Source of the DNA: a virus
Strand: one strand, 5' to 3'
Length of the DNA: 64,000 nt
IMG/VR virus record: IMGVR_UViG_3300045988_107814
Coordinates: 64,001-128,000 of that record
In this document: positions 63,969 through 64,000 of the stretch, piece by piece
Position numbering within the stretch: the first letter of the stretch is position 1
Layout: each line of letters begins with the position of its first letter
Notes under the pieces: model-generated
Told to the model about the DNA's origin: nothing
Databases searched by the model: none
What the model saw: only the letters and a program-made list of their open reading frames with translations
Made by a program: the position numbers and the translations under genes

Positions 63969-64000
63969 ATACTTAAACGAGCAGACGAATACGAAGCCGC

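Noticed and set aside
1-64000. A crAss-like phage assignment, considered because of the AT-rich genome, a giant ORF and a family-B polymerase.
   Set aside because: Strong AGGAGG Shine-Dalgarno sites and Gram-positive-type wall hydrolases argue for a Firmicutes-type host. The RNAP gene is a bacterial-type beta-prime fragment, not the crAss-type giant two-barrel enzyme.
1-64000. tRNA, rRNA, CRISPR arrays, integrase or transposase genes.
   Set aside because: The intergenic regions (2175-2405, 6193-6469, 24935-25169, 41514-41678, 49572-49758, 57530-57623) show no cloverleaf-like T-arm sequences and no regularly spaced repeats. No ORF shows recombinase motifs.

Overview
This window is AT-rich (roughly 30% G+C by eye) and densely coding. 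It reads as part of a large, virulent, jumbo-type tailed phage of a low-GC Gram-positive (Firmicutes-type) host. Nearly every gene has a strong AGGAGG-type Shine-Dalgarno. Genes lie in long co-directional blocks separated by clean rho-independent terminators. I found no integrase, transposase, tRNA, rRNA or CRISPR array.

Recognisable genes:
- a portal gene, partial at the left edge and missing from the supplied ORF track
- a very acidic repeat protein in the scaffold position, followed by a 692-aa major capsid protein
- an HExxH metalloprotease-like protein
- an SF2 DEAH helicase
- a stand-alone C-terminal half of a multisubunit-RNAP beta-prime subunit
- a RusA-type resolvase and a PC4-like ssDNA-binding protein

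Most other ORFs are hypothetical.

The most unusual observations:
1. A family-B DNA polymerase is encoded as two separate genes 16 kb apart on opposite strands.
2. A 4663-aa ORF ends in four different peptidoglycan-hydrolase domains, each followed by the same SGSG(R/K) junction motif.
3. Two members of a five-gene paralog family are cassette mosaics: three 100% identical blocks interrupted by two unrelated inserts.
4. A roughly 150-nt structured leader element is reused upstream of unrelated small genes.
5. Three short promoter-like motif classes appear to sort by gene class.

All functional calls come from motif recognition by eye. No database search or computation was possible.
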